A program made the translations under genes and the position numbers. Shown in pieces: positions 13,431 through 13,448 of a stretch of DNA of 13,448 nt. The notes under the pieces were generated by a model. That model saw only the letters and a program-made list of their open reading frames with translations. It was not told the origin of the DNA and ran no database searches. Location of the stretch: NCBI GenBank assembly GCA_029932645.1, contig JAOZPR010000020.1, forward strand, positions 1-13,448, read 5' to 3'. The first letter of the stretch is position 1; each line of letters starts with the position of its first letter. Origin of the DNA: Candidatus Aenigmatarchaeota archaeon. Its GTDB lineage: Archaea; Aenigmatarchaeota; Aenigmatarchaeia; GW2011-AR5; JAGGXF01.

Positions 13431-13448
13431 ATTATCAGCATGTGGCAA

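Noticed and set aside
13440..13448. ATG TGG CAA, possible start of the next gene
   Set aside because: Only three codons are visible, so it cannot be supported.

Overview
Archaeal chromosomal window. Gene order and divergent ribosomal proteins suggest a DPANN-type lineage, possibly Aenigmarchaeota-like; this is inference only. From left to right: the 3' end of an orphan ORF, then a minus-strand tRNA-Gly(TCC) split by three introns (15/16, 37/38, 59/60) that share a hairpin architecture. Next come a Na/Pi cotransporter and an SPFH/stomatin gene. These are followed by a PadR regulator with a candidate palindromic operator, a tetraether lipid synthase (Tes/GDGT-MAS-type radical SAM) and a PhyH/MA0127-like flavoprotein, which together look like a membrane-lipid tailoring cassette. 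The window ends with a trimmed archaeal cluster: rnp4-rps19e-PDCD5-rpl39e-rpl31e-eif6-pfdA-ftsY-srp54. rpl39e is missing from the ORF track, eL31 has a long C-terminal tail, FtsY has a very long N-terminal domain, and no rplX or yhbY gene is present. All family assignments are from motif recognition; no database searches were run.
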